Assembly (NCBI GenBank): GCA_038533155.1
Contig: JBCAZH010000002.1
Coordinates: 82,582-146,581 of the forward strand
Reading direction: 5' to 3'
Length of the DNA: 64,000 bases
DNA from: Pseudomonadota bacterium
Lineage (GTDB): Bacteria; Pseudomonadota; Gammaproteobacteria; Steroidobacterales; Woeseiaceae
Shown here: in pieces, positions 10,513 to 21,898 of the stretch
Numbering within the stretch: the stretch's first letter is position 1
Layout: every line of letters begins with the position of its first letter
Made by a program: the position numbers and the translations under genes
Notes under the pieces: generated by a model
Seen by the model: the letters and a program-made list of their open reading frames with translations, nothing else
The model's database searches: none
What the model was told of the DNA's origin: nothing

Positions 10513-10573
10513 TCTCGTGCTCCAGCTTGATAGTGTGTTGTGGCTCGCAAAGGTTGTTGAGACCGTAGTGTCC

Positions 10574-13500
10574 CTATCCTGTCCCTTCGTTGACCAGTGT
10601 CGCGATCTCGTTGACTGCGACGGTCAGTGAGGCAAAGTCATCGCTGCCCATCTCTTGCATTTGCGTTAGCAAATCCGCGACACGATCAAATCGCGCCGAA
10701 TTGGTTGCGATCAATTTACGAATGCCTGACTCGGGGTCGCGACATTTATTGACCGTGAACACTTGCCCTGCCAAAGCTCTCTGCGTACCCATTGCGCGCT
10801 CTCGGAGTGTACCGCGGGCGCGCGCTTCCCAGATGCCTTGCACTGGCAGTCGGTCGATAGCGCTGCGTATCCAGTCAATCGACAGCTGCTCGCCAATCGC
10901 GAAGTAGGTCTGCGCCATGCCGCTTGTGCTACAGCCAGTCTCTGTCGCAATTCTTACCGACTCTAACGCGTCGGTTACGTAGCCGAGTGCGCTGACTTTC
11001 TTTGCGAGGCGTTCCGGGACGCCCATGCGCAAATGTTGCTTCACATTCCGCGACAATTTGGTTCGCTCTGACTTGCTCATTAGATCCGGCAGCGAGCGCA
11101 GAATCGACTGTACCGGTTCCGACATCAAACCAATCTGTTCGTCGACATCAATCGCACTCGCGCAGTTTCGGAGAATCCAATAACACGCATGGCGGAGCTT
11201 CCGAGCCACCTCATACATCATTGAGTATTGAATATTGGTCGGGATGCGCGTGTCCAGGCGCTCGATATCGGCCCAAATTTGTCGCGCGTCTGTCATGTCG
11301 CGCGCAATCACGTAGCTCTGCGCGACGTTCTCTATCGTACTGCCGGTTTCCTGCTGTGCTCGAATGGCGAAGGCGGGCCCCATTCGGTTGACCAAGCTGT
11401 TGGTCAACAACGTTGTAACGATCTCCCTCGCTAAACGGTGTTGCGGCATAAAATCGCCGTACGAGGTCTGCAGCGGCGTTGGAAAATAGTGCGTGAGTTC
11501 CTCGCTCTCGTGCGAGCCAAGGTCCAGACTGCTGGCACTCAACTGACCGTATAGATCAAGTTTCGCGTAACTCAACAACACAGAGAGTTCGGGACGCGTG
11601 AAGCCGCGCTCATCGCGCGCGCGAGCGTCTAGTGTCTCGTCGTCTGGCAGACCCTCCAATCGACGATTCAACAGACCGCGCTTTTGCAGCGCTTGGATGA
11701 TTGACCGATGCTCACTCAGGCGTTCCGCCGCTCGTGCTTCCATCATGCTGATGGCCTGCGTTTGCAGATAGTTGTTGCGCAGAACCAGGGCCGCCACTTC
11801 ATCCGTCATTTTGGCGAGCAAATGGTTTCGACGCGTTGCGGGTAGGCTCTTCGACTCTGCAACTCGTGCCAACAGAATCTTGATGTTGACCTCGCGGTCC
11901 GAGCTGTCGACGCCAGCAGAATTGTCAATAAAGTCGGTATTGATGCGCCCGCCGTGTTGGGAATACTCGACCCGTGCCAATTGAGTGAGACCCAAGTTGC
12001 CGCCTTCACCAACGACTTTGCAGCGCAGCTCCGTGGCGTCAACACGCACACTATCATTCTGCCGGTCGCCGGCATCGGCGTGAGATTCGAAACTCGCTTT
12101 GACATAGGTGCCAATGCCGCCATTCCAAAGCAGATCTACGCGCATGCGCAAAATGGCTTGGATAACCTCGAGTGGGGACGGGTGTGGTTCACTCAAGTCC
12201 AGCAATTTTCGGGCAGGCTCGGACAAGGCAATCGACTTGACGTTTCGATCAAACACGCCACCGCCTTCGGACAGCAACGAAGTGTCGTAGTCGTTCCAGC
12301 CTGAACGGGGCAAATCAAACAACCGCTGGCGCTCTGCAAAGCTCGTGTCAATGTCAGGGTCAGGGTCGATGAAGATGTGACGGTGATTGAACGCCGCTTG
12401 CAGTCTAATGGTGGGCGAGAGGAGCATTCCGTTGCCGAATACGTCCCCCGACATATCGCCAATTGCCGCAACCGTGAACGGATCGGTCTGGGTGTCGGTG
12501 CCTATCTCACGGAAATGCCGCTTAACAGCCTCCCACGCGCCGCGCGCCGTGATTGCCATCTTCTTGTGGTCGTAGCCGGCGCTACCGCCAGAAGCAAACG
12601 CATCGCCGAGCCAGAACCCATGTTCGACCGCGATACCGTTCGCAATGTCAGAGAACGTGGCGGTGCCTTTGTCTGCGGCGACGACTAGATAAGGGTCCGG
12701 ATCGTCATACCTGACAACGCGGTCCGGTGTGACAGTTTCTCCATCGATCAGGTTGTCTGTCACCGAGAGTAAGGCGCGAATAAAGATGGAGTAACAAGCA
12801 ATGGCCTCATCAAGAATTGCGTTCCGGTCTCCATCCGGTAGTTGTTTTGGATAGAAACCACCCTTGGCGCCGGTTGGCACGATCACCGTGTTTTTTACCG
12901 TTTGCGCTTTCATCAAGCCCAACACTTCAGTGCGGAAGTCATCTCGCCGATCAGACCACCGCAATCCACCGCGAGCTACGCTGCCCGCCCGTAGGTGGAC
13001 TCCTGCGACGCGCGGGGAGTACACGAAGATTTCGTGTGCCGGTCGTGGTAGTGGCGCCTCATCGATGCGCGCAGTGTCGATCTTAAAGGCGAAAGCCTGT
13101 TCATAAAGATCGATTGTGCCTGTGTAAACGTTGGTCCGTTGCGTTGCGCGCATGGCACTGAACAGCGCGCGTAGGGCGCGATCCGCATCGAGACTCACGG
13201 CTTCAGCGATACCGGCGCGAATCTTCTTCTCGATGTCGCGGACCGTACGCTGGGTTCGGCGTCGGTCTGGGTTGAATCGAGCGTCGAACCAACTGAGCGT
13301 CAATCCGACAACATCGGCGTACTCTGCAAAAATTTCTTCGAGATAGCGCTGCCGAAAGGGAAGGCCAATCTGTAACAGGTAGGTCGCGTAAGAGCGCAGG
13401 ACATTCAGGCGCGCATTGTCCAGGCCTGCGAGCGCGATCAGAAGGTTGTATCGGTCTCGTTCGACCGAACCAACGAGCTGACCATGAAAACTCAGTATGA

Positions 13501-15394
13501 GATTGTCTTTGGCGCGTCGCAGCTGTTGTTTCGACGTCTGCGTCGTCGGCTGGAGTTCAAAGTCTTGCAGCCAAGCTCGGCGGGCCGCGAGTCTCAGTTG
13601 GTAAGGACGTTCTGTAAGAACACGCATCCCGAGGTTCTCTAAGAGAGGTAGTGCATCCGACAACGCCAACTGCTGGTCGAAGCGCAGCACTACGAATCGG
13701 AGCGATCCATCCGGCCTCACTTCGAGTTGATAGTTGTCTTCCTCTTGCGGGCTCGAACCAAGTTGGCGTTCGACGAAGGCGAGGTCATTGACCGCCTGCT
13801 CGATTGTGGCGTCTTCCTCATAGGCCAATGGGAATATCTTGCCGTATTGGTCGAACGTCTCGGCGCCGTTTTCTTCCCCGAATCGGTCGATCAAAGCGTC
13901 GCGCAATTTGTCGCGCCATGTCACCACAGCCTCGGCGATGCGCTGCTCAATTTGCCTCAATGACACCTTGTTCGCTGCGCGGCTATCCGCATAGACCAGC
14001 AGATGTACCCGCGCGAGCGCGGAGTCGGACAGTTGCACATGAGACTCGACCGTGTCGCCTTGCAGTGCATCTCTCAATATTGATTCGGTGCGTTCACGAA
14101 CCTCCGTGTTGTACTTCTCGCGTGGGATGAACACGAGACACGAGTAGAATCTGCGGAACGTGTCACGGCGCATGAAAAGTTTGACGCGCCGTCGCTCTTG
14201 CAGATTGAGTACACCGGTTGTGGTTCGAGCAAGATCGGCGACGCTGGCTTGAAACAATTCGTCGCGCGGGTAGTTGTTCAAGATGTGAATGAGCGCCTTG
14301 CCGCGATGGCCAGTTGGGTCGAGACCGGCCCGCTCAAGAATCTCGGCGATCTTCTCTCTCACCAACGGGATTTGACCAACCGGCTCACTATAGGTCTGCG
14401 AGGTGAACAAACCGATAAACCGGTGTTCGCCGACAGCATTGCCGTCTTTATCGAACGCTTTGATGCCGATGTAGTCGAGGTAGCTTGGGCGATGAACCGT
14501 CGAGCGGGAATTCGCTTTGGTAATGAGCAGTAATTCGCTCGATCTGCGATAACGTTGCATCGCTGGCGACAGTGCGTGAGTGCTACCGCGTCGATCGCCG
14601 ACAGTGTTGAGGCCGAGCGCAGACCCGCGGATCGGCGATAAAGTCAGCGCGCCTTTTTTCTTCGTGAGGCGGTATTGGCGGTAGCCGAGAAACGTGAAGC
14701 GCTCAGCGGCCAGCCAGCGCAGTAGTTCGAGGCTTTCGCGTTTGCGATCTGGGTCCGCTTGATCCTGTGCCTCGATATGTTCGATCACCGCTTGCATGCG
14801 GTCTTTCATCGGTTGCCAGTCACGTACCGCAGCGCGCACATCCGTCAGCGTTTTCTCAAGTTCGGCGTTCAAATGGCGAAGTCGTTCTGGGCGCGACTCT
14901 CGGCGAATCTCGAGTCGAATGAAAGAGTCGACAGTGCCTTGCTTGGCACTCCGAGGTTTGATGTCCTTCAGGCGCCCACTTGGCGTGCGGATGCACCGAA
15001 TCAACGGGTGAACAGTGAGGCGGATCGACGCTCCCTCTCGGTCCAACGTCATGCTCAGCGAGTCGACAAGGAACGGCATATTGTCATGCACCAACTCCAC
15101 GATCGTGTTCGGGCTTTCCCAGCCATCACGCTTGAGCGTTGGGTTGTAGACTCGCAGTTTGTGCTCGCCCGGTTTGCGCGTTCGCCCCTGCTTCGCATGA
15201 GCGAGTGCGGCCGAGGCGAGGTCTTCAACTGAAAATGCTGTGACATCGTCAAGACTGAGATTTCGGTAGTACTCGCCGATGAATCGTCGCAATACTCTGC
15301 GATCAGCGAATGGTGTCGACTCTGGAACGGCTGATGTGATCTGGCTCAGCAGCTCCTCATGACGGTCCCCGCGCCGTCGGTCCTTTCTCGGCAT
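10574..15394 (-). CDS. gdhB: NAD-specific glutamate dehydrogenase, large (about 180 kDa) class
   Basis: The single ORF of 1613 aa in the track has the architecture and length of the Bac_GDH family. I place the start at MPRKDRRRG (ATG complement 15392-15394), 6 nt after a GGAGG, giving 1606 aa. Confidence 0.85.
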   Translation of the reverse strand: MPRKDRRRGDRHEELLSQITSAVPESTPFADRRVLRRFIGEYYRNLSLDDVTAFSVEDLASAALAHAKQGRTRKPGEHKLRVYNPTLKRDGWESPNTIVELVHDNMPFLVDSLSMTLDREGASIRLTVHPLIRCIRTPSGRLKDIKPRSAKQGTVDSFIRLEIRRESRPERLRHLNAELEKTLTDVRAAVRDWQPMKDRMQAVIEHIEAQDQADPDRKRESLELLRWLAAERFTFLGYRQYRLTKKKGALTLSPIRGSALGLNTVGDRRGSTHALSPAMQRYRRSSELLLITKANSRSTVHRPSYLDYIGIKAFDKDGNAVGEHRFIGLFTSQTYSEPVGQIPLVREKIAEILERAGLDPTGHRGKALIHILNNYPRDELFQASVADLARTTTGVLNLQERRRVKLFMRRDTFRRFYSCLVFIPREKYNTEVRERTESILRDALQGDTVESHVQLSDSALARVHLLVYADSRAANKVSLRQIEQRIAEAVVTWRDKLRDALIDRFGEENGAETFDQYGKIFPLAYEEDATIEQAVNDLAFVERQLGSSPQEEDNYQLEVRPDGSLRFVVLRFDQQLALSDALPLLENLGMRVLTERPYQLRLAARRAWLQDFELQPTTQTSKQQLRRAKDNLILSFHGQLVGSVERDRYNLLIALAGLDNARLNVLRSYATYLLQIGLPFRQRYLEEIFAEYADVVGLTLSWFDARFNPDRRRTQRTVRDIEKKIRAGIAEAVSLDADRALRALFSAMRATQRTNVYTGTIDLYEQAFAFKIDTARIDEAPLPRPAHEIFVYSPRVAGVHLRAGSVARGGLRWSDRRDDFRTEVLGLMKAQTVKNTVIVPTGAKGGFYPKQLPDGDRNAILDEAIACYSIFIRALLSVTDNLIDGETVTPDRVVRYDDPDPYLVVAADKGTATFSDIANGIAVEHGFWLGDAFASGGSAGYDHKKMAITARGAWEAVKRHFREIGTDTQTDPFTVAAIGDMSGDVFGNGMLLSPTIRLQAAFNHRHIFIDPDPDIDTSFAERQRLFDLPRSGWNDYDTSLLSEGGGVFDRNVKSIALSEPARKLLDLSEPHPSPLEVIQAILRMRVDLLWNGGIGTYVKASFESHADAGDRQNDSVRVDATELRCKVVGEGGNLGLTQLARVEYSQHGGRINTDFIDNSAGVDSSDREVNIKILLARVAESKSLPATRRNHLLAKMTDEVAALVLRNNYLQTQAISMMEARAAERLSEHRSIIQALQKRGLLNRRLEGLPDDETLDARARDERGFTRPELSVLLSYAKLDLYGQLSASSLDLGSHESEELTHYFPTPLQTSYGDFMPQHRLAREIVTTLLTNSLVNRMGPAFAIRAQQETGSTIENVAQSYVIARDMTDARQIWADIERLDTRIPTNIQYSMMYEVARKLRHACYWILRNCASAIDVDEQIGLMSEPVQSILRSLPDLMSKSERTKLSRNVKQHLRMGVPERLAKKVSALGYVTDALESVRIATETGCSTSGMAQTYFAIGEQLSIDWIRSAIDRLPVQGIWEARARGTLRERAMGTQRALAGQVFTVNKCRDPESGIRKLIATNSARFDRVADLLTQMQEMGSDDFASLTVAVNEIATLVNEGTG

Positions 15395-15535
15395 TGCCAT
15401 CCTCCGGGCACCCAATGTGCGGCCCGCCCCGTGTCGCGCCGGATTATACCCTACGGATGCGACAGGTGAGACTTGTTCGGTGCCGTCTTTGCTTTACCAT
15501 TTGCGGTTGCCGCGATCTCAGTTAGGAGGGCGACC

Positions 15536-16402
15536 GTGACGCAGCGTGAAATGGAACGCGGGATCCACACCGACCTGTCTCGACGAGAGAACTATTCAGC
15601 ATATCTTCAACTCGAGCAGCTTCTCAGTAGCCAAACACCACTGAGTGACCCGGCGCATCACGATGAGATGCTCTTTATCGTGCAACACCAGGTGGCCGAG
15701 CTGTGGATGAAGCTCCTAATCCACGAGTTTGAAGCGGCGATGGACTTCATGCGCCAGGGTCGCTTAAAGCGTGCGTCGAAGTGCCTGGCCCGTGCCAAGA
15801 AGGTACAGCAACAACTGCACAACCAGTGGGGCGTACTGGACACATTGACGCCGAGCGAATACGCCGAGTTTCGGCATGTGTTCGGTAACGCATCGGGGTT
15901 TCAATCTCCGCAGTACCGGATGCTGGAAATTTTGCTTGGCGTGCGGAACCGGAAAATGCTGAAAGTCTATGAACATCGACCGGAATGGCACGCGCGACTG
16001 AGTGAGGCGTTGGATCGGCCAGGGGTGTTTGACGAGTTCTTATCGTGGCTCGCACGATGCGGACATAGTGTCCCGGAATCTGTGTTGGATCGGGACTTTT
16101 CAGAGCCGCGAGGCGTGGACGATGGGGTCGTCCGTGTTTTGTTGCGCATCTACCGAAATACACGCGAACACTGGGACGCATACGAAGTGTGCGAGACACT
16201 CGTCGACATCGCCAACAATTTTCAGTTTTGGCGTTTTCGCCACTTGAAGACGGTGGAACGGATCATTGGTCACCGCCCCGGCAGTGGCGGCTCGTCTGGT
16301 GTGTCGTTCCTGCGCAGGGCGTTAGATCAGGAGTTTTTCGAGGAGCTGATCGCGGTGCGCACCGCGTTGCATGCCGATTCGCTGTCGTCTCCGACGAACT
16401 AG
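15536..16402 (+). CDS. kynA: Tryptophan 2,3-dioxygenase
   Basis: YLQLEQLLSSQ...HDEMLFIVQHQVAELWMKL...FRHLKTVERIIG motifs of bacterial TDO. GTG start at 15536, 6 nt after AGGAGG (15524-15529). Confidence 0.85.
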   Translation: MTQREMERGIHTDLSRRENYSAYLQLEQLLSSQTPLSDPAHHDEMLFIVQHQVAELWMKLLIHEFEAAMDFMRQGRLKRASKCLARAKKVQQQLHNQWGVLDTLTPSEYAEFRHVFGNASGFQSPQYRMLEILLGVRNRKMLKVYEHRPEWHARLSEALDRPGVFDEFLSWLARCGHSVPESVLDRDFSEPRGVDDGVVRVLLRIYRNTREHWDAYEVCETLVDIANNFQFWRFRHLKTVERIIGHRPGSGGSSGVSFLRRALDQEFFEELIAVRTALHADSLSSPTN

Positions 16403-16872
16403 ACTTCTGGCGCGCCGAGCATGCGCATGCGTGCGAGCATACGATCAAGCAACAAGTTGAGCGTTTCGATTTCTTCGGTCGTGAAGCCCTCGAGCAGATC
16501 CGCCTCGAGTTTTAGCGCCATCGGAACGACCATCTCGTAAACTTCGCGCCCATCCGCCGACAGGTTCAAAATGGACCGCCGCTTATCCTGGTCGGCAAAC
16601 TCGCGCGTGATTCTTCCTTGTTTTAGGAGTTTGGCAACCGCGCGGGAAACCGCGACCTTGTCCATCAACGTCCGCGCGGCCACTTGTGCTGCAGACAATC
16701 CAGGACTGCGTGCGACAACGGCCATAACGCGCCATTCGGGGATCGACAGATTGAATCGGCGATCGTACGCGGATGCGATCGTTCCGCTGACCGTATTCGA
16801 CAGTATCGACAGCCGGTAGGGAAGAAAATCCTCTAGAGCCAGTGCGGGCCGATTCGACGGTGATTCCGTCAT
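16399..16872 (-). CDS. MarR family transcriptional regulator
   Basis: 157 aa winged-helix protein: LSIPEWRVMAVV...LSAAQVAARTLMDKVAVSRAVAKL...DKRRSIL. Confidence 0.85.
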   Translation of the reverse strand: MTESPSNRPALALEDFLPYRLSILSNTVSGTIASAYDRRFNLSIPEWRVMAVVARSPGLSAAQVAARTLMDKVAVSRAVAKLLKQGRITREFADQDKRRSILNLSADGREVYEMVVPMALKLEADLLEGFTTEEIETLNLLLDRMLARMRMLGAPEV

Positions 16873-16933
16873 AGCGTGTCCTCCATTCGTTCCGCTGCCA
16901 TCGTACCGTGTCGTTCGGTGTCTGCCCAGTCGA

Positions 16934-18010
16934 TTAAGGTCGGTGCGGGGCGGCGTGATATTCGCGCGACTGCATCTGCGTCAATCGGCTCGCCGTACGC
17001 TGAAATTCGAACGCGAGTTTGTCGCCTGCATAGAGTTCGTTGATCGGTGCGGCCGCGCTGATTAGGAGGTTAACCTGTCGGTCGTAGAACTCGTCGACCA
17101 AGTTGATGAAACGCCGCGCCGCGTTGTCATCCTCGGTCCTGAGCATCGGCACGCAACTCAAGATGATGGTGTGATGCCGCTTGGCGAGCGAAATGTAATC
17201 CAGTTGACTGCGCGCGGTTTGGCAGAGCGCTTGGAAACTGAACCAGGCCAGAGCCGGCGCTCGGCCCTCGGTTTCGATCTGCCGACCGAGCACTTCGATG
17301 GATTGTTCCGAGAGCGATGCCCCGCTGGTCAGCGCCGTGAACCGCTCTTTGGCCCAGTCTCGGCATGCATCTTCACTCACAAAATAGGTATCGCCGGCCC
17401 CCAGCACCTCGAGGCGGTAGTCGTGGCCGCCAACAAGCTCCAAGACCTCGCAATTTTCGTTTAGCAAGGCAATCGCAGGAAGGAATCTGGCGCGCTGCAA
17501 ACCGTCCTTGTACAAGCCATCTGGAGGAACGTTCGATGTAGTGATGAGGCATACGCCTAGGTCGAATAAATGCTCAAACAGTCGCCCAAGAATCATCGCA
17601 TCCCCAATGTCGTTGACATGCATTTCATCGAGGCAAAGCACGGAAGACTCGGCGGTGAGTTTGTCGGCGACGGCTTTGAGTGGATCCGACTGGTGTTTGA
17701 GCGCGGCTAACGCATCATGCACGTCCGACATAAATCGGTGAAAATGCTTCCGCTGAACGTGCTCCGTCGATAACGACGCGGCAAACAAGTCCATTAGAAA
17801 CGTCTTGCCGCGGCCGACGCTGCCCCAGATGTACAACCCTCGGATATGGCTGCGCTTCTCCCAGAAACGCCAACCGGTCGGTTTCTGTGACGCCACCGCT
17901 GCGCCGATCGCGTCCAGTGCCTGGATGACGCGCAGCTGCGCCGGGTCTTCGGTCCAGCTGTTGGCCTGTAAAGCGTTTTGGTAACGCTGCAGCGTGGTCA
18001 AGTTGTCCAT
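16934..18010 (-). CDS. zapE: Cell division protein ZapE (AFG1-like ATPase)
   Basis: YQNAL......DPAQ...ALD and Walker A GSVGRGKTFLMDLF. The start is trimmed to MDNLTTLQRY (ATG complement 18008-18010). The 252-codon upstream extension in the track is antisense to ETF-QO. Confidence 0.85.
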   Translation of the reverse strand: MDNLTTLQRYQNALQANSWTEDPAQLRVIQALDAIGAAVASQKPTGWRFWEKRSHIRGLYIWGSVGRGKTFLMDLFAASLSTEHVQRKHFHRFMSDVHDALAALKHQSDPLKAVADKLTAESSVLCLDEMHVNDIGDAMILGRLFEHLFDLGVCLITTSNVPPDGLYKDGLQRARFLPAIALLNENCEVLELVGGHDYRLEVLGAGDTYFVSEDACRDWAKERFTALTSGASLSEQSIEVLGRQIETEGRAPALAWFSFQALCQTARSQLDYISLAKRHHTIILSCVPMLRTEDDNAARRFINLVDEFYDRQVNLLISAAAPINELYAGDKLAFEFQRTASRLTQMQSREYHAAPHRP

Positions 18011-18127
18011 GGTCTGTCTGTGTTCGTCGGGGTATCCGCTCGCGATGACGGTCGCATGGGGCGCCCGCGCACAGCGCCCGAATGGTAACATCGCTCCCGC
18101 CCAAGAATTTAGGAGTGTGAAGCGTCC

Positions 18128-19783
18128 ATGACAACCGAACGTGAATCCATGGAGTTTGATGTAGTCGTCGTCGGAGGGGGCCCCGCGGGACTCGCCGCCG
18201 CAATCCAGGTTCAGCGCCGCGCCAACGAAGCCGGTGAGGAGCTGTCGGTTGTGGTTGTGGAGAAAGGTGCTGAGTTCGGCGCACACATTCTGTCCGGCAA
18301 CGTGTTTGAGCCACGCGGATTGTCCGAGTTGTTCCCCGATTGGAAAGAACGAGGAGCCCCTGTCAAGACAGCCGTTACGCGGGACGACGTGTACTACATG
18401 ACGAGTGAGGATAAGGCGACACGCGTGCCGAATTTGTTCGTACCTCGTTCGTTGCACAACGAAGGTAACTACGTCATCAGCCTTGGCAGGCTTGTCGGAT
18501 GGATGGCGGAACAGGCCGAGGAGCTGGGCGTGAATCTTTTTCCGGGTTACGCGGCTGCTGAGGTTTTGTATGACGACGATGGCCATGTGCGTGGTGTCGC
18601 CACGGGTGACATGGGTGTTGCCAGAGATGGCAGCGAAAAGCCTAGCCATGAGCCCGGCTATGAGCTGATCGGGCGCCAGACGATTTTTGCGGAAGGTTGT
18701 CGAGGCAGTTTGGGTAAAGAGCTGATCGGTCGATTCAATCTGGACGACGCCTCGGACCCGCAACACTACGGTATCGGGCTAAAGGAAGTCTGGGAGATCG
18801 ATCCAGACAAACATGAGCCGGGTGTTGTGGTGCACACGCTCGGTTGGCCGCTGCCGAGTGACACAGAAGGTGGCGGGTTCCTCTACCATGCCGATAACAA
18901 CCAAGTGTATCTCGGCTACATTATCGCACTCGACTACACCAATCCCTATTTGAGTCCGTTTGACGAATTTCAGCGCTGGAAGCAGCACCCAAAGATTCGC
19001 CAGTATCTCGAAGGTGGACAGCGTATTTCGTATGGCGCCCGCGCGGTCAACAAAGGTGGTTTTCAGAGCTTACCCAAGGTGACGTTTCCCGGCGGGTTGC
19101 TGGTCGGCTGTGAAGCTGGCTACCTAAACAACGCGAAGATTAAGGGATCACACACCGCGATCAAGACAGGCATGTTGGCAGGTGATACGGTATTCGATGC
19201 GCTGAGCAACGGGGCGCAATGCGACGCCGAACTGGCGCAGTACGAGCAAGCTGTTAATGACTCTTGGGTCATGCAAGAGCTCAAGCAAGCGCGGAATTTT
19301 GGTCCTGCTCAGCATAAGTTTGGACGGTTCCTGGGTTCCGCCTTCATATTCTTGGACCAGAATATTTTTCGCGGTCGCTTGCCGTTGACATTGCGCAATC
19401 GAACACCCGATCACGCAGCGTTGAAACCTGCTGCAGACTGCAAACCAATCGTGTACCCGAAACCGGACGGCAAGATCAGCTTCGACAAGTTGTCTTCGGT
19501 GTTCCTATCGAGTACCAACCACGAAGAGGATCAACCGGTTCATCTGCAACTTCAAGATGCGCAGATGCCGGTGGCACATCATCTCGCAAAATTCGCCGGA
19601 CCTTCGCAACGCTACTGTCCTGCAGGCGTGTACGAGTTTGTGGAAGAGGGTGGAGAGACTCGGTTTCAGATCAATGCGCAAAACTGCGTGCATTGCAAAA
19701 CCTGTGATATCAAAGATCCGGCGCAAAACATCCAATGGACGGTGCCCGAAGGCGGCGGAGGGCCGAACTACTCGGGAATGTAG
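18128..19783 (+). CDS. Electron-transfer flavoprotein:ubiquinone oxidoreductase (ETF-QO)
   Basis: FAD motif DVVVVGGGPAGLAAA; C-terminal 4Fe-4S cysteines CPAGVYEF...NCVHCKTCDIKDP. Confidence 0.9.
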   Translation: MTTERESMEFDVVVVGGGPAGLAAAIQVQRRANEAGEELSVVVVEKGAEFGAHILSGNVFEPRGLSELFPDWKERGAPVKTAVTRDDVYYMTSEDKATRVPNLFVPRSLHNEGNYVISLGRLVGWMAEQAEELGVNLFPGYAAAEVLYDDDGHVRGVATGDMGVARDGSEKPSHEPGYELIGRQTIFAEGCRGSLGKELIGRFNLDDASDPQHYGIGLKEVWEIDPDKHEPGVVVHTLGWPLPSDTEGGGFLYHADNNQVYLGYIIALDYTNPYLSPFDEFQRWKQHPKIRQYLEGGQRISYGARAVNKGGFQSLPKVTFPGGLLVGCEAGYLNNAKIKGSHTAIKTGMLAGDTVFDALSNGAQCDAELAQYEQAVNDSWVMQELKQARNFGPAQHKFGRFLGSAFIFLDQNIFRGRLPLTLRNRTPDHAALKPAADCKPIVYPKPDGKISFDKLSSVFLSSTNHEEDQPVHLQLQDAQMPVAHHLAKFAGPSQRYCPAGVYEFVEEGGETRFQINAQNCVHCKTCDIKDPAQNIQWTVPEGGGGPNYSGM

Positions 19784-19800
19784 TCCGTCCGAGTACAGCA

Positions 19801-19827
19801 GGCGACGCGCCTTCAAGGCGCGTCGCC
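19801..19827. terminator. Putative bidirectional intrinsic terminator hairpin between convergent ETF-QO and SDR genes
   Basis: Perfect 11-bp stem GGCGACGCGCC / GGCGCGTCGCC with a 5-nt loop TTCAA, followed on the + strand by GTGTCTTTACTT. It lies in the 50-nt convergent spacer. Confidence 0.6.
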
Positions 19828-19833
19828 GTGTCT

Positions 19834-20601
19834 TTACTTCGGTTGCATGCGAATGGCGCCGTCCAAACGGATTGTCTCACCATTGAGCATCGTGTTCGTG
19901 TAAATGTAACTCGCGAGGCTCGCGTACTCCTCGGCCGTCCCCAATCGCGGTGGAAACGGAATTTGCTCTGCTAGCGATTGTTGCGTGGCTTCTGGAAGGC
20001 TCGCCATCATCGGTGTCATGAAAATGCCAGGTGCAATCGTCATCACTCGGATGCCGAAGCGGGCGAGTTCTCTTGCCATGGGTAGCGTCATCCCGACAAC
20101 GCCGCCTTTCGACGCTGAGTAGCCCGCTTGGCCGATCTGTCCTTCGAATGCCGCAACCGACGCAGTATTGACTACGACGCCACGCTCGCCATCTGCTTCG
20201 GGTGTGTTGTGTTGCATCAAGTTGGCCGCTTCTTTCGCAACATTGAATGAGCCGACAAGATTCACTTGCACTGTACGCGCGAAATAATCACTCGCCATCG
20301 GTCCATCGCGGCCTAACACGCGACCCGGCGCGACGATGCCAGCGCAGTTTACTGCGAAGGTTATACCACCCATCGATTCCGCAGCTTGCGTCATTGCATG
20401 TTTGACTTCCGATTCGTTGCTAACGTCAGTCCTGATATAGCGGGTCGTGCCGCCGAGTTTAGCGGCCGCTGCCTGGCCGGCATCATCGTTAATGTCGAGT
20501 AGCGTAGCGCTGCCCCCAGCGTCGACGATCGCCTTGGCCGTCGCGAGCCCCAGTCCGGACGCACCGCCTGTAACGACCGCTTTTGCGTGTTCTAATTGCA
20601 T
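19834..20601 (-). CDS. 3-hydroxyacyl-CoA dehydrogenase type 2-like SDR (3-hydroxy-2-methylbutyryl-CoA dehydrogenase-like)
   Basis: TGGASGLG cofactor motif, catalytic YSASKGGV, and C-terminal NGETIRLDGAIRM typical of HADH2-type SDRs. It sits directly downstream of the thiolase. Confidence 0.75.
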   Translation of the reverse strand: MQLEHAKAVVTGGASGLGLATAKAIVDAGGSATLLDINDDAGQAAAAKLGGTTRYIRTDVSNESEVKHAMTQAAESMGGITFAVNCAGIVAPGRVLGRDGPMASDYFARTVQVNLVGSFNVAKEAANLMQHNTPEADGERGVVVNTASVAAFEGQIGQAGYSASKGGVVGMTLPMARELARFGIRVMTIAPGIFMTPMMASLPEATQQSLAEQIPFPPRLGTAEEYASLASYIYTNTMLNGETIRLDGAIRMQPK

Positions 20602-20630
20602 TGTGTCTTCCTATTGTTCTCGCAAATGGA

Positions 20631-21812
20631 TTACATCGTCTCTACCGCGATCGCGACAGCCTCGCCGCCACCGAGACATAAGGAGGCGATACCGCGCTTG
20701 CCACCTCGCTGTCGCAGCGCATGGATCAGTGTCACCAAAATTCTCGCGCCGCTGGCGCCGATCGGATGACCCAGAGCGCATGCGCCGCCATTGACGTTCA
20801 CTCTATCGCGTTCAAGGCCGAGGTCTTGGATGGCAGCCATCGTCACACAGGCGAACGCTTCATTAATTTCATACAGGTCAACCGAGGCGGCATCCCAACC
20901 CAGCCGATCTTGCAGCGCTTTGATCGCAAACACCGGCGCTGTCGTGAACCACTCGGGCTCATGCGCGAATCCGCTGTGCGCCACAATCCGCGCGAGTGGG
21001 TCGATGCCGGCGGTTTGCGCGTCACTTGCGGTCATCAGCACGAGGCTTGCAGCGCCGTCCGAAATCGACGATGAGCTTGCTGCGGTCACGGTGCCCGCTT
21101 TGTCAAACGCAGGCCTCAGCGTCGGAATGCGTGCGGGGTCGGAGCGGCCCGGCTCCTCATCGACTCTAACGGTGGTTTCGCCTTTGCGATGTTTTACGAC
21201 GACGGGCGCAATCTCCGCGTCAAATGCGCCATTGGCTTGTGCTGCCAAGGCCCGCTCAAGCGACTCGATGGCAAACGCGTCCTGCGCTTCTCGGCTGAAA
21301 CCGTATTTTTGCGCGGTCCGTTCGGCGAACACACCCATCATGTTGCCATCGTAGGGGTTTTGCAGGCCATCGAAGAACATATGATCCAGTATTTCCTGGT
21401 GTCCCATCCGATAACCCGCTCGAGCCTTCGGCATGACGTAGGGGGCGTTGGTCATGGATTCCATGCCACCGGCAGCCATTCGGGTGGCGCTACCGGCGCG
21501 GATCATGTCGGCTGCCATCATGACGGCCTTCATTCCCGAACCGCAGACTTTATTGATGGTCGTGGCGCCGCTGTGCCTGGGCAGGCCTGCGCCCAACGTT
21601 GCCTGGCGGGCCGGCGCTTGGCCGAGGCCGGCGGGCAGAACGCACCCGAGGATCGATTCGTTGATCGTTTCGGGATCGACGCCGGAGCCGGTTATCGCCG
21701 CACGTGTTGCAGCAGCGGATAACTCCGGCGCAGACGCGCCGGAAAGCGCCCCCTGAAAGGCGCCAATCGGGGTTCGTTTGGCGGCTGCAATGACGATGTC
21801 ATCAGGATTCAT
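20631..21812 (-). CDS. Acetyl-CoA C-acetyltransferase (thiolase II)
   Basis: INKVCGSGMKAV (active-site Cys), GGMESMT, NVNGGACALGHPIGASG, and C-terminal CLGGGEAVA. The start is trimmed to MNPDDIVIAAAKRTP (ATG complement 21810-21812). Confidence 0.9.
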   Translation of the reverse strand: MNPDDIVIAAAKRTPIGAFQGALSGASAPELSAAATRAAITGSGVDPETINESILGCVLPAGLGQAPARQATLGAGLPRHSGATTINKVCGSGMKAVMMAADMIRAGSATRMAAGGMESMTNAPYVMPKARAGYRMGHQEILDHMFFDGLQNPYDGNMMGVFAERTAQKYGFSREAQDAFAIESLERALAAQANGAFDAEIAPVVVKHRKGETTVRVDEEPGRSDPARIPTLRPAFDKAGTVTAASSSSISDGAASLVLMTASDAQTAGIDPLARIVAHSGFAHEPEWFTTAPVFAIKALQDRLGWDAASVDLYEINEAFACVTMAAIQDLGLERDRVNVNGGACALGHPIGASGARILVTLIHALRQRGGKRGIASLCLGGGEAVAIAVETM

Positions 21813-21898
21813 CAGAGTTCCTCGACTCAGGTGGGAGCCCGCCATTGTATCAACCTGTGACGCGTTGCAGCAGCCTCTATTGCGCCGAGACGTTCGCG

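Noticed and set aside
10574-15394. The very large (about 1600 aa) single ORF as a candidate for a novel giant protein.
   Set aside because: Its length and sequence character fit the known large NAD-specific glutamate dehydrogenase family (Pseudomonas GdhB, Streptomyces and Mycobacterium GDH180). It is unusual in size but already described.
15536-16402. kynA without kynB or kynU nearby, flanked by a MarR regulator, as a possible novel tryptophan-derived pathway.
   Set aside because: The MarR gene is convergent and lies on the zapE strand, so it is not in a regulator-target arrangement with kynA. Kynurenine-pathway genes are often dispersed. Nothing in the sequence itself points to a new system.
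18011-18766. A 252-codon N-terminal extension of the zapE ORF (the track lists it as 610 aa).
   Set aside because: The extension has no ZapE-like sequence and is antisense to the well-supported N-terminus of ETF-QO. ZapE homology begins at MDNLTTLQRY.
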